IMG/VR virus record: IMGVR_UViG_3300027996_000014
Span: 1 to 64,000 of that record
DNA from: a virus
Length of the DNA: 64,000 bases
Strand: one strand, 5' to 3'
Positions 28,226 through 36,558 of this stretch are shown piece by piece. A program made the translations under genes and the position numbers. Position 1 is the stretch's first letter; the number at the start of each line of letters is the position of its first letter. The notes under the pieces are model-generated. The model was not told where the DNA came from. It worked only from the letters and a program-made list of their open reading frames with translations, and did not search any database.

Positions 28226-28493
28226 ATACTTAACATTCATGAAATTTCCACAATAAAACATTATAGAGGGGGAGCCCTCCTTATGTTTAAAGGGAGAGAG
28301 GCTGGTAGAAGTACCAGCCTTTCGTTTATTTAAAATAATACAATTACTATAAAACCTTGGTAATTGTACAAACTTATAATCTATCTATAGATTCGTCAGA
28401 ATTAAATTCAGTACGCAATTGTTATACATATTAAAGTTTAAATAAAAAAAAGGTAAAATTTAAATCATATAAAAATCTAAAAATTAAATTATT

Positions 28494-29042
28494 ATGAAAA
28501 AAGTAGATGAATTACAAGCAGGAGAATTACTATTGGTAAGTGCTAAAAGAGTAAGCGGAGATAAAGTTTCGTTATGTTTTGCACAACAAGTAGTTAATCC
28601 TAATTCTCGTCCTCAAGCGATTACGAGTTTATTAAATAAATCAGATGATCGATTTACACAAACTGCAAATGCCCGTTATGCGTGGATTACTGGTGCAGAG
28701 GCTGATATTTTAGCACAGTTTGAAATAGATTGTTCTGACATCCCTGAAAAAGGAGATGAAAAAGAAGTTGGTATGCTTAACCCAAAAGTTAATGGAGAAT
28801 ACTGTAATATTCAAATTACAGAAACAACTGATGGAAATAAATATGAAGTTGAAAACAGTGAGAAAACTGCAAAACGTGCAGGTAAAGATGGAGATTTCAT
28901 CTATTCTGCTGATGGTAAACATATTTTTACTAGAGCTACTGTAGTATTAGGAAAAGCACAACATGTATTTATGAAAGATACACAACGTGGTCAATTAGCA
29001 TCTTCAGATGTTGATTCAGCAATTGATGATGCAATTGCATAA
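28494..29042 (+). CDS. hypothetical protein with acidic tail
   Basis: 182 aa, followed by a terminator. Confidence 0.7.
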   Translation: MKKVDELQAGELLLVSAKRVSGDKVSLCFAQQVVNPNSRPQAITSLLNKSDDRFTQTANARYAWITGAEADILAQFEIDCSDIPEKGDEKEVGMLNPKVNGEYCNIQITETTDGNKYEVENSEKTAKRAGKDGDFIYSADGKHIFTRATVVLGKAQHVFMKDTQRGQLASSDVDSAIDDAIA

Positions 29043-29064
29043 TTTATAAGCTGAGAATATTAAG

Positions 29065-29098
29065 AAAAAGGGGGAAGTTTTACTTTCTCCTTTTTTTA
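29065..29098 (+). terminator. intrinsic terminator
   Basis: AAAAGGGGGAAG-tttta-CTTTCTCCTTTTTTTT. Confidence 0.75.
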
Positions 29099-29304
29099 TA
29101 CTTTAAAACAAATTAAAATATAAGTTATTTAAAAATAATAATAATTTATAATTATATTTATAAAACAAGATATGAAAAAATTAAATTTAGTAGTAATAGG
29201 TACACGATTTGGGTGTCTAGGAATAATATTAGTTGCTATCATTTGGACAGCTTTATTGGTAAAACTATTTATATCATTAATATAAACAATCAAAAGCTAA
29301 ACAA

Positions 29305-29487
29305 ATGAAAGCAAATAGAAAATTTAATGAAGAACATTGGAGGTTAAAGAGACATTTACGTTCTATACAAGCAGAACTGCTTAATTGCTACGCTATTAAT
29401 CATAAGTTCAGCTATGGTAGAAATCCTCACTATTTCCGTGAACAAATAAAAATAACTACACAAAAACTTAAGCCTTATGGAAAATAG
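29305..29487 (+). CDS. hypothetical protein
   Basis: 60 aa ORF overlapping the next gene. Confidence 0.55.
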   Translation: MKANRKFNEEHWRLKRHLRSIQAELLNCYAINHKFSYGRNPHYFREQIKITTQKLKPYGK

Positions 29488-30157
29488 AAAAAGACATCAG
29501 GTACACATGTTACCTACAGAAGATAAGAGTCAGATAGGCTTATGTAAGTACAATGAAAGGAAAGGTATATTTTATGGTGAGACACCAACAATTGAAGACA
29601 GTTTAATTGACCAACACCTCTACTTCACAAATGATGAAGAGATTAAGGAAGGTGATTGGGTGTTATGGTTTTGGGATGGTGGTCAAATAGGAGTTACTGA
29701 GCCTCAACAGTACTTAGGAGGGGAACAGGTGTTGAATAATGGACATAGAAAAATCACAGCATCAACAGACCCTTATCTGATTAATCAGATTAAACCTTAT
29801 GACACAAGTAAACCTTATGGGATTGAGTTTCCTCAACCATCTCAAGCATTCATCAAAGCTTATTGTGAACAAGGTGGAATAGATGAGGTTGATGTTGAGT
29901 ATGTTAAATTTACCAACAGCATTCCTGAGTGTGACTATGACCCAACACTAGGAATGTGTTCAGTATGTAGTGATGTAGCTGATTGTATTCACGACACATA
30001 TACATACAAACTCAAACTAAACCCAGACAACACTGTAATCACTCACTTGATTGAGGAGAAGATGTATAGCATAGATGATATTGAGTCTTATTGTGAGAAG
30101 TATCCAAATGATACTGAGTTAGGTAGAGAGATTAGAAAGCTTAAATATAAACAATAG
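29477..30157 (+). CDS. hypothetical phage protein
   Basis: 226 aa, ends in junction repeat A. Confidence 0.7.
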   Translation: MENRKRHQVHMLPTEDKSQIGLCKYNERKGIFYGETPTIEDSLIDQHLYFTNDEEIKEGDWVLWFWDGGQIGVTEPQQYLGGEQVLNNGHRKITASTDPYLINQIKPYDTSKPYGIEFPQPSQAFIKAYCEQGGIDEVDVEYVKFTNSIPECDYDPTLGMCSVCSDVADCIHDTYTYKLKLNPDNTVITHLIEEKMYSIDDIESYCEKYPNDTELGREIRKLKYKQ

Positions 30158-30161
30158 AGAT

Positions 30162-30323
30162 ATGATATTAGATATAATAAGTGTGACAATGTACAAAGAC
30201 CATAGAGAATACGCCCTAAAGAATTACCTAGAGGTTATTGATTGGTATAGAATGCCATTCTATAAGCGTTGGTTCATTAAGAAACCTATATGTGAATATG
30301 TCAAGTTAACCCCTAAACAATAG
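30162..30323 (+). CDS. cassette mini-gene (53 aa)
   Basis: Manual translation MILDIISVTMYK...LTPKQ; bounded by two A repeats. Confidence 0.65.
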   Translation: MILDIISVTMYKDHREYALKNYLEVIDWYRMPFYKRWFIKKPICEYVKLTPKQ

Positions 30324-30327
30324 AGAT

Positions 30328-30519
30328 ATGAAAGCACAATATTTTAAAAGAGCTGAAGATGTATTACATCTATTTAATCCAATAACAAGGTTTTTGATTA
30401 AGCATAATATAGTTTCTGCTGAAACAACTGTAATTAAATGTAAAGAATGTAAACGAATACCTACCGAAGTTTTTGGTAGTTATTGTTGGGATTGTTTACC
30501 TAGACCAATTAAACAATAG
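30328..30519 (+). CDS. cassette mini-gene, Zn-finger-like (CxxC...CxxC)
   Basis: CKEC and CWDC; bounded by A repeats. Confidence 0.65.
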   Translation: MKAQYFKRAEDVLHLFNPITRFLIKHNIVSAETTVIKCKECKRIPTEVFGSYCWDCLPRPIKQ

Positions 30520-30523
30520 AGAT

Positions 30524-30652
30524 ATGAAAAAGAAAATAAAAGAATGGTTAGAGAATGACCATTATCAAGTATTTAACTCCTTAATGTCTGTAATATTGGG
30601 AAGTATAATAGCTTTTGTTATTCTTTATTTATGGGGTACTAAGGGGTATTAA
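30524..30652 (+). CDS. cassette mini-gene, single TM (42 aa)
   Basis: Manual translation MKKKIKEWLEND...VILYLWGTKGY; bounded by A repeats. Confidence 0.6.
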   Translation: MKKKIKEWLENDHYQVFNSLMSVILGSIIAFVILYLWGTKGY

Positions 30653-30663
30653 ACAATAGAGAT

Positions 30664-30756
30664 ATGACTGAATTATTCTACTGGATTTGTAGTATAGGAT
30701 TTATGACAACAGTTATAGTTATAGTATTTAACGATAACATATTTAAAGATGATTAA
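30664..30756 (+). CDS. cassette mini-gene, single TM (30 aa)
   Basis: Manual translation MTELFYWICSIGFMTTVIVIVFNDNIFKDD. Confidence 0.5.
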   Translation: MTELFYWICSIGFMTTVIVIVFNDNIFKDD

Positions 30757-30931
30757 TAGTACTAAAGAATGGGATTTTATGGATGATAAAGAAAAAAAGA
30801 GGAGTATGTTTGACGATATAGAAGAAGGTAAAAACCGATTCACATTAGATGACCCTATGGGTAAACTAGTTAAAGAAGCTTTTGATATTATAAAAGTTGT
30901 TAAGAAATTAAACAAAAATAAAGATGAGTAA
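30749..30931 (+). CDS. cassette mini-gene
   Basis: Ends LNKNKDE within a repeat B variant. Confidence 0.6.
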   Translation: MINSTKEWDFMDDKEKKRSMFDDIEEGKNRFTLDDPMGKLVKEAFDIIKVVKKLNKNKDE

Positions 30932-31115
30932 AGAAGATAACATAACAGTACAATGGGAAAAGGAATATGAAAAATGCAAAGACCCTGTATATTTCTATTC
31001 TCATTATCTTATGATAAAAAATACAGATGGTACTATGTCTGTACCACCACCTCTTAGTGATAAAGCTAAAGAAAATATGAGAAAATGGATAGGATTTAAA
31101 CCAAAACAAAGATGA
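30924..31115 (+). CDS. cassette mini-gene resembling a terminase N-terminal helix
   Basis: EYEKCKDPVYFYSHY. Confidence 0.55.
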   Translation: MSKEDNITVQWEKEYEKCKDPVYFYSHYLMIKNTDGTMSVPPPLSDKAKENMRKWIGFKPKQR

Positions 31116-31333
31116 AAAGAAATAAAAAGCTATTAATTGCTTTGTTATTACTAACACCAGCAATTATATACATAATATATTTTACAGATAGTTTATCTGT
31201 AAAATATTCATATGTAAGATTAAAGAATAGAACTGAATTTAGAGATGTTCCTGTAAAACGTGTTGACGATATAGGATTTAGAATAAATGGAACCTATTAT
31301 ACAGAATTTGATATTGATAGTTTAGCATATTAA
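31112..31333 (+). CDS. cassette mini-gene, N-terminal TM
   Basis: 73 aa between repeat B and a repeat A variant. Confidence 0.6.
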   Translation: MKRNKKLLIALLLLTPAIIYIIYFTDSLSVKYSYVRLKNRTEFRDVPVKRVDDIGFRINGTYYTEFDIDSLAY

Positions 31334-31345
31334 AACAATAGAGAT

Positions 31346-31615
31346 ATGAAAAAGATAATGTTAGGTCTAGGTTATTTAACCTGGACAATGTGCAACATTT
31401 TGTGCATTTATGGATTTGGGGTAGGGTTATATAAGTTATTCCAATTAGAGAGTGTAGGAACTATACTTACTTTTTTAGCTTTAGGATTATTTTTCCTATT
31501 AATGGCTGCAATATTAAGCATGTTATGCTTAGGGTTAGTATCTATTGCATTTGGTGATGAAAAGTTAGCAGAAAAAGTAAATAAAGCGCTTCCTTCTTTT
31601 ATGAGAGAACTTTAA
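31346..31615 (+). CDS. cassette mini-gene, two TM
   Basis: 89 aa, hydrophobic. Confidence 0.65.
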   Translation: MKKIMLGLGYLTWTMCNILCIYGFGVGLYKLFQLESVGTILTFLALGLFFLLMAAILSMLCLGLVSIAFGDEKLAEKVNKALPSFMREL

Positions 31616-31630
31616 ACCAAAACAAAGAAG

Positions 31631-31810
31631 ATGAAAAAAGCTGAAGAAATTTTTGTAAGAATAGGGTTTGAAGATATTATAGTACCAATTAAAGATGCTG
31701 ATGCTGTAATAGAAACACCTACACCACAATACTTGGTAGGATATGAAGATGCAGAAGGTAATGAATGTGAAGAAGATGGTACTTATTTAAACCAAAACAA
31801 AGATGAGTGA
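31631..31810 (+). CDS. cassette mini-gene, acidic (59 aa)
   Basis: Manual translation MKKAEEIF...DGTYLNQNKDE. Confidence 0.6.
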   Translation: MKKAEEIFVRIGFEDIIVPIKDADAVIETPTPQYLVGYEDAEGNECEEDGTYLNQNKDE

Positions 31811-31982
31811 TAAGAAACTATGTTGGTTTTGTAGCTCAACTTTAATAGACAACAAGGATAGAAGAAACTGTCCAAAATGTTTATGGGAAGAACGTGTTTA
31901 CAAAAAGCTTACTAAATCAGATTTTGATAATTTTATTAAAGAAACTAACAAGATATTAAACCAAAACAAAGAAGATGAGTAA
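31803..31982 (+). CDS. cassette mini-gene, Zn-ribbon-like (59 aa)
   Basis: Manual translation MSDKKLCWFC...CPKC...ILNQNKEDE. Confidence 0.6.
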   Translation: MSDKKLCWFCSSTLIDNKDRRNCPKCLWEERVYKKLTKSDFDNFIKETNKILNQNKEDE

Positions 31983-32223
31983 AATAATTTTCACAACAAA
32001 AGATGGGTATGATATAACAGAAGGAATAAAATACTATTCTGTTAGAGTAAAAGAATATAAAACAACTAAATCACCATTATGGAGTATGTGTGGACCTTAT
32101 ATTAATCCTAAAGCACATGAACCAACAGGTGAGATTGAATACTTTTACAAGAAAGAAAATGCAATAGAATTTATAAACCAAAACAAAGATGATGAAGGAA
32201 TACTACGTAAAAGAAATACTTGA
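31975..32223 (+). CDS. cassette mini-gene
   Basis: 82 aa, reads through repeat B (INQNKDDE). Confidence 0.6.
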   Translation: MSKIIFTTKDGYDITEGIKYYSVRVKEYKTTKSPLWSMCGPYINPKAHEPTGEIEYFYKKENAIEFINQNKDDEGILRKRNT

Positions 32224-32371
32224 AGCTACAAAAACTCAAGTTAAAGGTTTTGATAATTCAAGATTAATCATGGCTATTTTAGATAAATTTGAAGCAGAGG
32301 TTAGAGTTGACCAATGTGATAAAGATAAAGAGATGGCTATGAACATATTAAACCAAAACAAAGATGAGTAA
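32189..32371 (+). CDS. cassette mini-gene
   Basis: 60 aa ending ILNQNKDE. Confidence 0.6.
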   Translation: MMKEYYVKEILEATKTQVKGFDNSRLIMAILDKFEAEVRVDQCDKDKEMAMNILNQNKDE

Positions 32372-32696
32372 GAGAAAAGAAATAACAACTATGTTGATTG
32401 ATATTTTTGATAGAATCAATATAGATACTCCAAATAACTTTGATAACATTTTAGAATTTGTTGTTGAAGATGTAGAAGAAACCGCTGATAAAGAAAATTG
32501 GCATGATGGAGATGTAGCAATAGCATTTAGAAGATGGATAGAATTAAACCAAAACAAAAAAGTAAGTATAATCCACGATTGCTATGGTACTTATTTAAAC
32601 AGAAATAACAATAATATAATTGAATTTTATTGTAAAAAATATTCAAATGATACTGAATTAGGTAAAGCAATAAGAAAATTTAAATATAAACAATAA
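32364..32696 (+). CDS. cassette gene with mosaic C-terminus
   Basis: Internal LNQNK repeat remnant; C-terminus duplicates that of 29477..30157. Confidence 0.55.
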   Translation: MSKRKEITTMLIDIFDRINIDTPNNFDNILEFVVEDVEETADKENWHDGDVAIAFRRWIELNQNKKVSIIHDCYGTYLNRNNNNIIEFYCKKYSNDTELGKAIRKFKYKQ

Positions 32697-32700
32697 AAAT

Positions 32701-34560
32701 ATGGATAGAGTAGTATATGATTTGGAACAATTTCCAAATTTTCATTCAGGTGTTTTTTATGACATAGACCTAAAAACTAAAAAAGTATTTGCACTTCATC
32801 AAGAAAGAGATGAACGAATAGAATATTTTAATTATTTAATAGAGGCAAGTAAAACCATTGGAATGATAGGATTTAATAATCTTGATTATGACTATCCAAT
32901 GCTTCATTATATCCTCACTAACACAAAGAAATTATTATCTATTCCAATTGAAGAATGTCTTACTTTAATGTATGCAAAAAGTCAATGTATAATAGATTCA
33001 GAATATCCTGCAATATCACATTGGAATGTACGTATTAAACAATTAGATTTATTTAGAATACATCATTTTAATAATGTTGCAAGATATACATCATTAAAAC
33101 ATCTTCAAATGGCTATGCATTGGCATAATTTACAAGAAATGCCTTTTCATTATACTCATATGGTAACTAAAAAAGAAATTTCTGAAGTATTAGAATATAA
33201 TGATAATGATGTAATGAGTACTTATCAGTTTTATCTTGAATCTTCTAAAGAAATACAATTTAGGAAAAGAATTAGTAAACAATACAATATTAATTGTATG
33301 AATTATCCTGATGTAAAAATTGGAGAAGAGATATTAATTATTGAAAATGCTAAAGCATTAAATATTCCAATAAAAGAATTTAGAAAATTACGTACAGAAA
33401 GAGATTTTATTAAATTAAAAGAATGCGTATTACCATCTATAAAATTTAAATCTAAAGAATTTAATAAAGCGTTAGATTATTTTAAATCTAAGACTGTTCA
33501 TGCGATGAATACTAAAGGTGTATTAGATCATACTATTATTTATGGTGGTGTAAAATATGACTTTGGAGGAGGAGGTATTCACGGAACATGTGGTTCTGGA
33601 GTATTTAGAACTGATGATGAAGGAGAATTAATCCTTGTTGATGTAAGTTCATACTATCCTAATTTAGCAATTAAAAATAAATTTTACCCTAAGCATCTTT
33701 CAGTGAAGTTTTGTGAAGTTGGTGATAATCTTTATCAACAAAGAATGAAAGCTAAAGAAGAAGGTGATAAACAAATGGTAGATGCTATTAAATTAGCATT
33801 AAATGGTGCATTATTTGGAAAAAGTAATGATGAATATAGCCCTATGTATGATACTAAATTTATGTTTGATATTACTATTAATGGACAATTGTTATTATGC
33901 ATGTTAGCAGAAAGAATTACAGATGCTGGCATTAAAATAATACAAATTAATACTGATGGTATATTAGTAAAAGTTAGTAAAACTATGCAAACAAAACTAA
34001 AAGAAATGTGTAAAAAATGGGAAAACTTAACAAAATTGAAATTAGATTATGATTTATTTAAAGTAATCATTCAACGTGATGTTAATAATTATTCAGGCAC
34101 ATTTACTGATAATACAACTAAAGAAAAAGGAGCATTTGCTATTGATAAACCTTGGAATAAAAATCATTCAATGAAGGTAGTATCTATAGCTGTTGCAAAA
34201 TATTTTGTAAATGGAATACCTGTAGAAGATACTATTAAAAATCATAATGAAATATTTGATTTTTGTATTAGTCAAAAAGTAGGTAAACAATATACAGTAG
34301 AACATCATTATCTTAAAGATAACAATTTAATAAAAGAAAAAGTTCAACAATTGAATAGATTTTTTATCACCAATACTGGTGGAGCACTTGTTAAAGTTAA
34401 AGAAGATAGTTCAGTAAGTAGATTAACAGCAGGTCACAGTATTGGTCTGTTTAACAAATTTTATAAATCTGACAATTACGATTTAAAGTATAATTATTAT
34501 ATAGCTGAAGCTAATAAATTAATTAATGCTGTCGATAATGGTCAAATATCAATGTTTTAA
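32701..34560 (+). CDS. polB: DNA polymerase family B
   Basis: Exo motifs YDLE and GFNNLDYD; polymerase motifs DVSSYYPN, KLALNGALFGK, QINTDGI. Confidence 0.92.
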   Translation: MDRVVYDLEQFPNFHSGVFYDIDLKTKKVFALHQERDERIEYFNYLIEASKTIGMIGFNNLDYDYPMLHYILTNTKKLLSIPIEECLTLMYAKSQCIIDSEYPAISHWNVRIKQLDLFRIHHFNNVARYTSLKHLQMAMHWHNLQEMPFHYTHMVTKKEISEVLEYNDNDVMSTYQFYLESSKEIQFRKRISKQYNINCMNYPDVKIGEEILIIENAKALNIPIKEFRKLRTERDFIKLKECVLPSIKFKSKEFNKALDYFKSKTVHAMNTKGVLDHTIIYGGVKYDFGGGGIHGTCGSGVFRTDDEGELILVDVSSYYPNLAIKNKFYPKHLSVKFCEVGDNLYQQRMKAKEEGDKQMVDAIKLALNGALFGKSNDEYSPMYDTKFMFDITINGQLLLCMLAERITDAGIKIIQINTDGILVKVSKTMQTKLKEMCKKWENLTKLKLDYDLFKVIIQRDVNNYSGTFTDNTTKEKGAFAIDKPWNKNHSMKVVSIAVAKYFVNGIPVEDTIKNHNEIFDFCISQKVGKQYTVEHHYLKDNNLIKEKVQQLNRFFITNTGGALVKVKEDSSVSRLTAGHSIGLFNKFYKSDNYDLKYNYYIAEANKLINAVDNGQISMF

Positions 34561-34570
34561 TAATAATAAT

Positions 34571-34837
34571 ATGAAGTTTAAACCATTAGCAACAAGAGTA
34601 ATAGTATTAGTTAATCCTGATGAGGTAGAACTAGTAAAAGGAGTTATGTCATTTATACCTGAAAAAGTATTAAGAGGTGTAGTACAAGCAGTTGGACCAG
34701 GTACTAAAAAAGAACCAATGGAAATTAAAATTGGAGATGAAATATCTTATGGTAAAAATTCAGGAACAGAAGTTGAAATTGAAGGTGGAAAATACCTAAT
34801 AATGAGACAATCTGCAATTGATGGAATTATTCGATGA
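34571..34837 (+). CDS. groES: GroES-like co-chaperonin
   Basis: MKFKPLATRV...GVVQAVGPG...IKIGD...SGTEVEIEGGKYLIMRQSAI; start reassigned to 34571. Confidence 0.88.
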   Translation: MKFKPLATRVIVLVNPDEVELVKGVMSFIPEKVLRGVVQAVGPGTKKEPMEIKIGDEISYGKNSGTEVEIEGGKYLIMRQSAIDGIIR

Positions 34838-35139
34838 AAGATTTATCCAAGTATCATTATAGCGATTTTAGTAATGTAGTTACTATTTATGATAATAAAA
34901 AAAGAGCAATTATTAATGCTTTATGTATAACTATTACTTTAAAACATGCATCACTTGAATTAGGAATATCAGAAAGATGTTTACGTGATTTTATGAGTGA
35001 ATGTAATATTACAACTGAAGATGTACATGTAATGCGTAAGAGATTCGTATTATCTAAAATAAAAATAAAATTACAATATAAATTTATATTAAATGGCAAA
35101 AAAACAAATTACTGTAAAAATTCTAAAATCAAAAACTGA
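34834..35139 (+). CDS. HTH DNA-binding protein (Fis-like)
   Basis: IINAL...KHASLELGISERCL. Confidence 0.5.
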   Translation: MKDLSKYHYSDFSNVVTIYDNKKRAIINALCITITLKHASLELGISERCLRDFMSECNITTEDVHVMRKRFVLSKIKIKLQYKFILNGKKTNYCKNSKIKN

Positions 35140-35275
35140 TGTAATGTGGTATAGAGATAGAATAGGTAATACTTTTAAAGTTATGAAAATTGAAGGTAAA
35201 GATTATTATGAAATATCTACAGGAAAAAGTAGTAGTAAAATAATTTTTAAAGAAGATTGTAAAGAACTAAAATAA
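35093..35275 (+). CDS. small hypothetical protein
   Basis: 60 aa ORF in the operon. Confidence 0.55.
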   Translation: MAKKQITVKILKSKTDVMWYRDRIGNTFKVMKIEGKDYYEISTGKSSSKIIFKEDCKELK

Positions 35276-35289
35276 ATAAATAAATAAAT

Positions 35290-36363
35290 ATGAGTTATTC
35301 AGAGAGAATTTATAAAAAAGATTCTAAAAATAGAGTACGTTTATTACACGTATATGTTGAAGGGGCTGATCTAATTTCATTATCAGGTTTAATTGATGGA
35401 AAATTAAAAGAAGATAGAAGTACATGTATTTCTAAAAATATTGGAAAATCTAATGAAACTAGTCCTAATACACAAGCTGAATTTGAAGCAAGAGCAAAAA
35501 TTCAATCTAAAATGTCTGAAGGATATTTTAAAACAATTAAAGAAGCTGAGAATAATGAGGTGATTCTACCTATGTTGGCAAAAGACTATAATAAAGAAAA
35601 AAAGAAAGTAATCTTTCCTTGTTTTATACAACCTAAATTAGATGGACAACGTGCATTAGGAAACAAAATGGTACCAATGATTTCTCGTAAAGGAAAAATA
35701 ATTGATACTATGAGTCATATTCAAAAAGAATTAGATATTCTTGATAAAGAAAATGAAGTTTATCTTGATGGAGAATTATATGCTCATGGAAAAACATTTC
35801 AAGAAAATATGAGACTTATTAAAAAATATCGTCCAAGAGAATCTGAAACAGTTAAATATCATGTATATGATTTAATTATGGATGCTCCATTTGAAATAAG
35901 ATATGCAGAATTAAAAGCATTAGTAGTAAGTATGACTGAAATTAAAATAGTTCCTACTTATAAAATAGAAAATGAAGAACAATTAAAAAAATTTCATCTA
36001 CAGTTTATAGCTAGTGGTTATGAAGGAACAATTATAAGACACAGTAACGCAGGATACAGTATTAATAAAAGAGATAGTCAATTATTAAAGTATAAAGATT
36101 TTATTGATGAAGCGTATGAAGTTATAGATATCTTGCCTAGTGATAAGAATCCAGATCAAGGTGTTGTACGCTGTACTATTGGTGGTGGATATGCAAATGT
36201 GACTTTTGGTTGTGGAATGAAGTTTTCTCATAAAGAACGTGAAGAAATGTTAATTAATAAATCTGATTACATAGGTAAAATAGCAGAAATACGTTTCTTT
36301 GAATATACTGATGATGGTATACCAAGATTTCCTGTATGTCACGGATTTAGAAACGATAAATAA
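35290..36363 (+). CDS. lig: ATP-dependent DNA ligase
   Basis: PKLDG, LDGELY, EGTIIR, LLKYK and PRFP motifs. Confidence 0.92.
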   Translation: MSYSERIYKKDSKNRVRLLHVYVEGADLISLSGLIDGKLKEDRSTCISKNIGKSNETSPNTQAEFEARAKIQSKMSEGYFKTIKEAENNEVILPMLAKDYNKEKKKVIFPCFIQPKLDGQRALGNKMVPMISRKGKIIDTMSHIQKELDILDKENEVYLDGELYAHGKTFQENMRLIKKYRPRESETVKYHVYDLIMDAPFEIRYAELKALVVSMTEIKIVPTYKIENEEQLKKFHLQFIASGYEGTIIRHSNAGYSINKRDSQLLKYKDFIDEAYEVIDILPSDKNPDQGVVRCTIGGGYANVTFGCGMKFSHKEREEMLINKSDYIGKIAEIRFFEYTDDGIPRFPVCHGFRNDK

Positions 36364-36427
36364 TTAAAAATTAGAAATAATGGCCAAACCTACAGCCAGA
36401 AAAGTAGGTAACAATTAAACTATTATT

Positions 36428-36550
36428 ATGTCAGAAAAAGACAACAAAAACAACAAAGAAGAAGAGCCTATGGGTACAGTACAAATGTTATTAGGTATTG
36501 CATCATTTGTAGCAGCAATCTATGTATTGTATGTAGTATTTGCAGGGTAG
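36428..36550 (+). CDS. small single-TM protein (40 aa)
   Basis: Manual translation MSEKDNKNNKEEEPMGTVQMLLGIASFVAAIYVLYVVFAG. Confidence 0.5.
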   Translation: MSEKDNKNNKEEEPMGTVQMLLGIASFVAAIYVLYVVFAG

Positions 36551-36558
36551 TATTATTA

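Larger units (their letters stand above)
30148..32703 (+). repeat. dispersed gene-junction repeats A (TAAACAATAGAGATATG) and B (TAAACCAAAACAAAG[AAG]ATGA)
   Basis: A exact at 30148, 30314, 30510, 30650 with variants at 31331 and 32687; B at about 31096, 31612, 31787, 31956, 32174, 32348 with variants at 30908 and 32544. Confidence 0.92.

Noticed and set aside
24640-28490. tRNA genes
   Set aside because: T-loop-like hairpins are present but I could not build a cloverleaf; tRNAscan-SE or ARAGORN would be decisive
30148-32703. CRISPR array interpretation of the junction repeats
   Set aside because: Intervals are about 140-330 bp, variable and protein-coding; repeats are not palindromic; no cas genes
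13880-34560. Introns or inteins in MCP, portal, terL or polB
   Set aside because: All are uninterrupted and of ordinary length; no homing endonuclease or intein motifs seen
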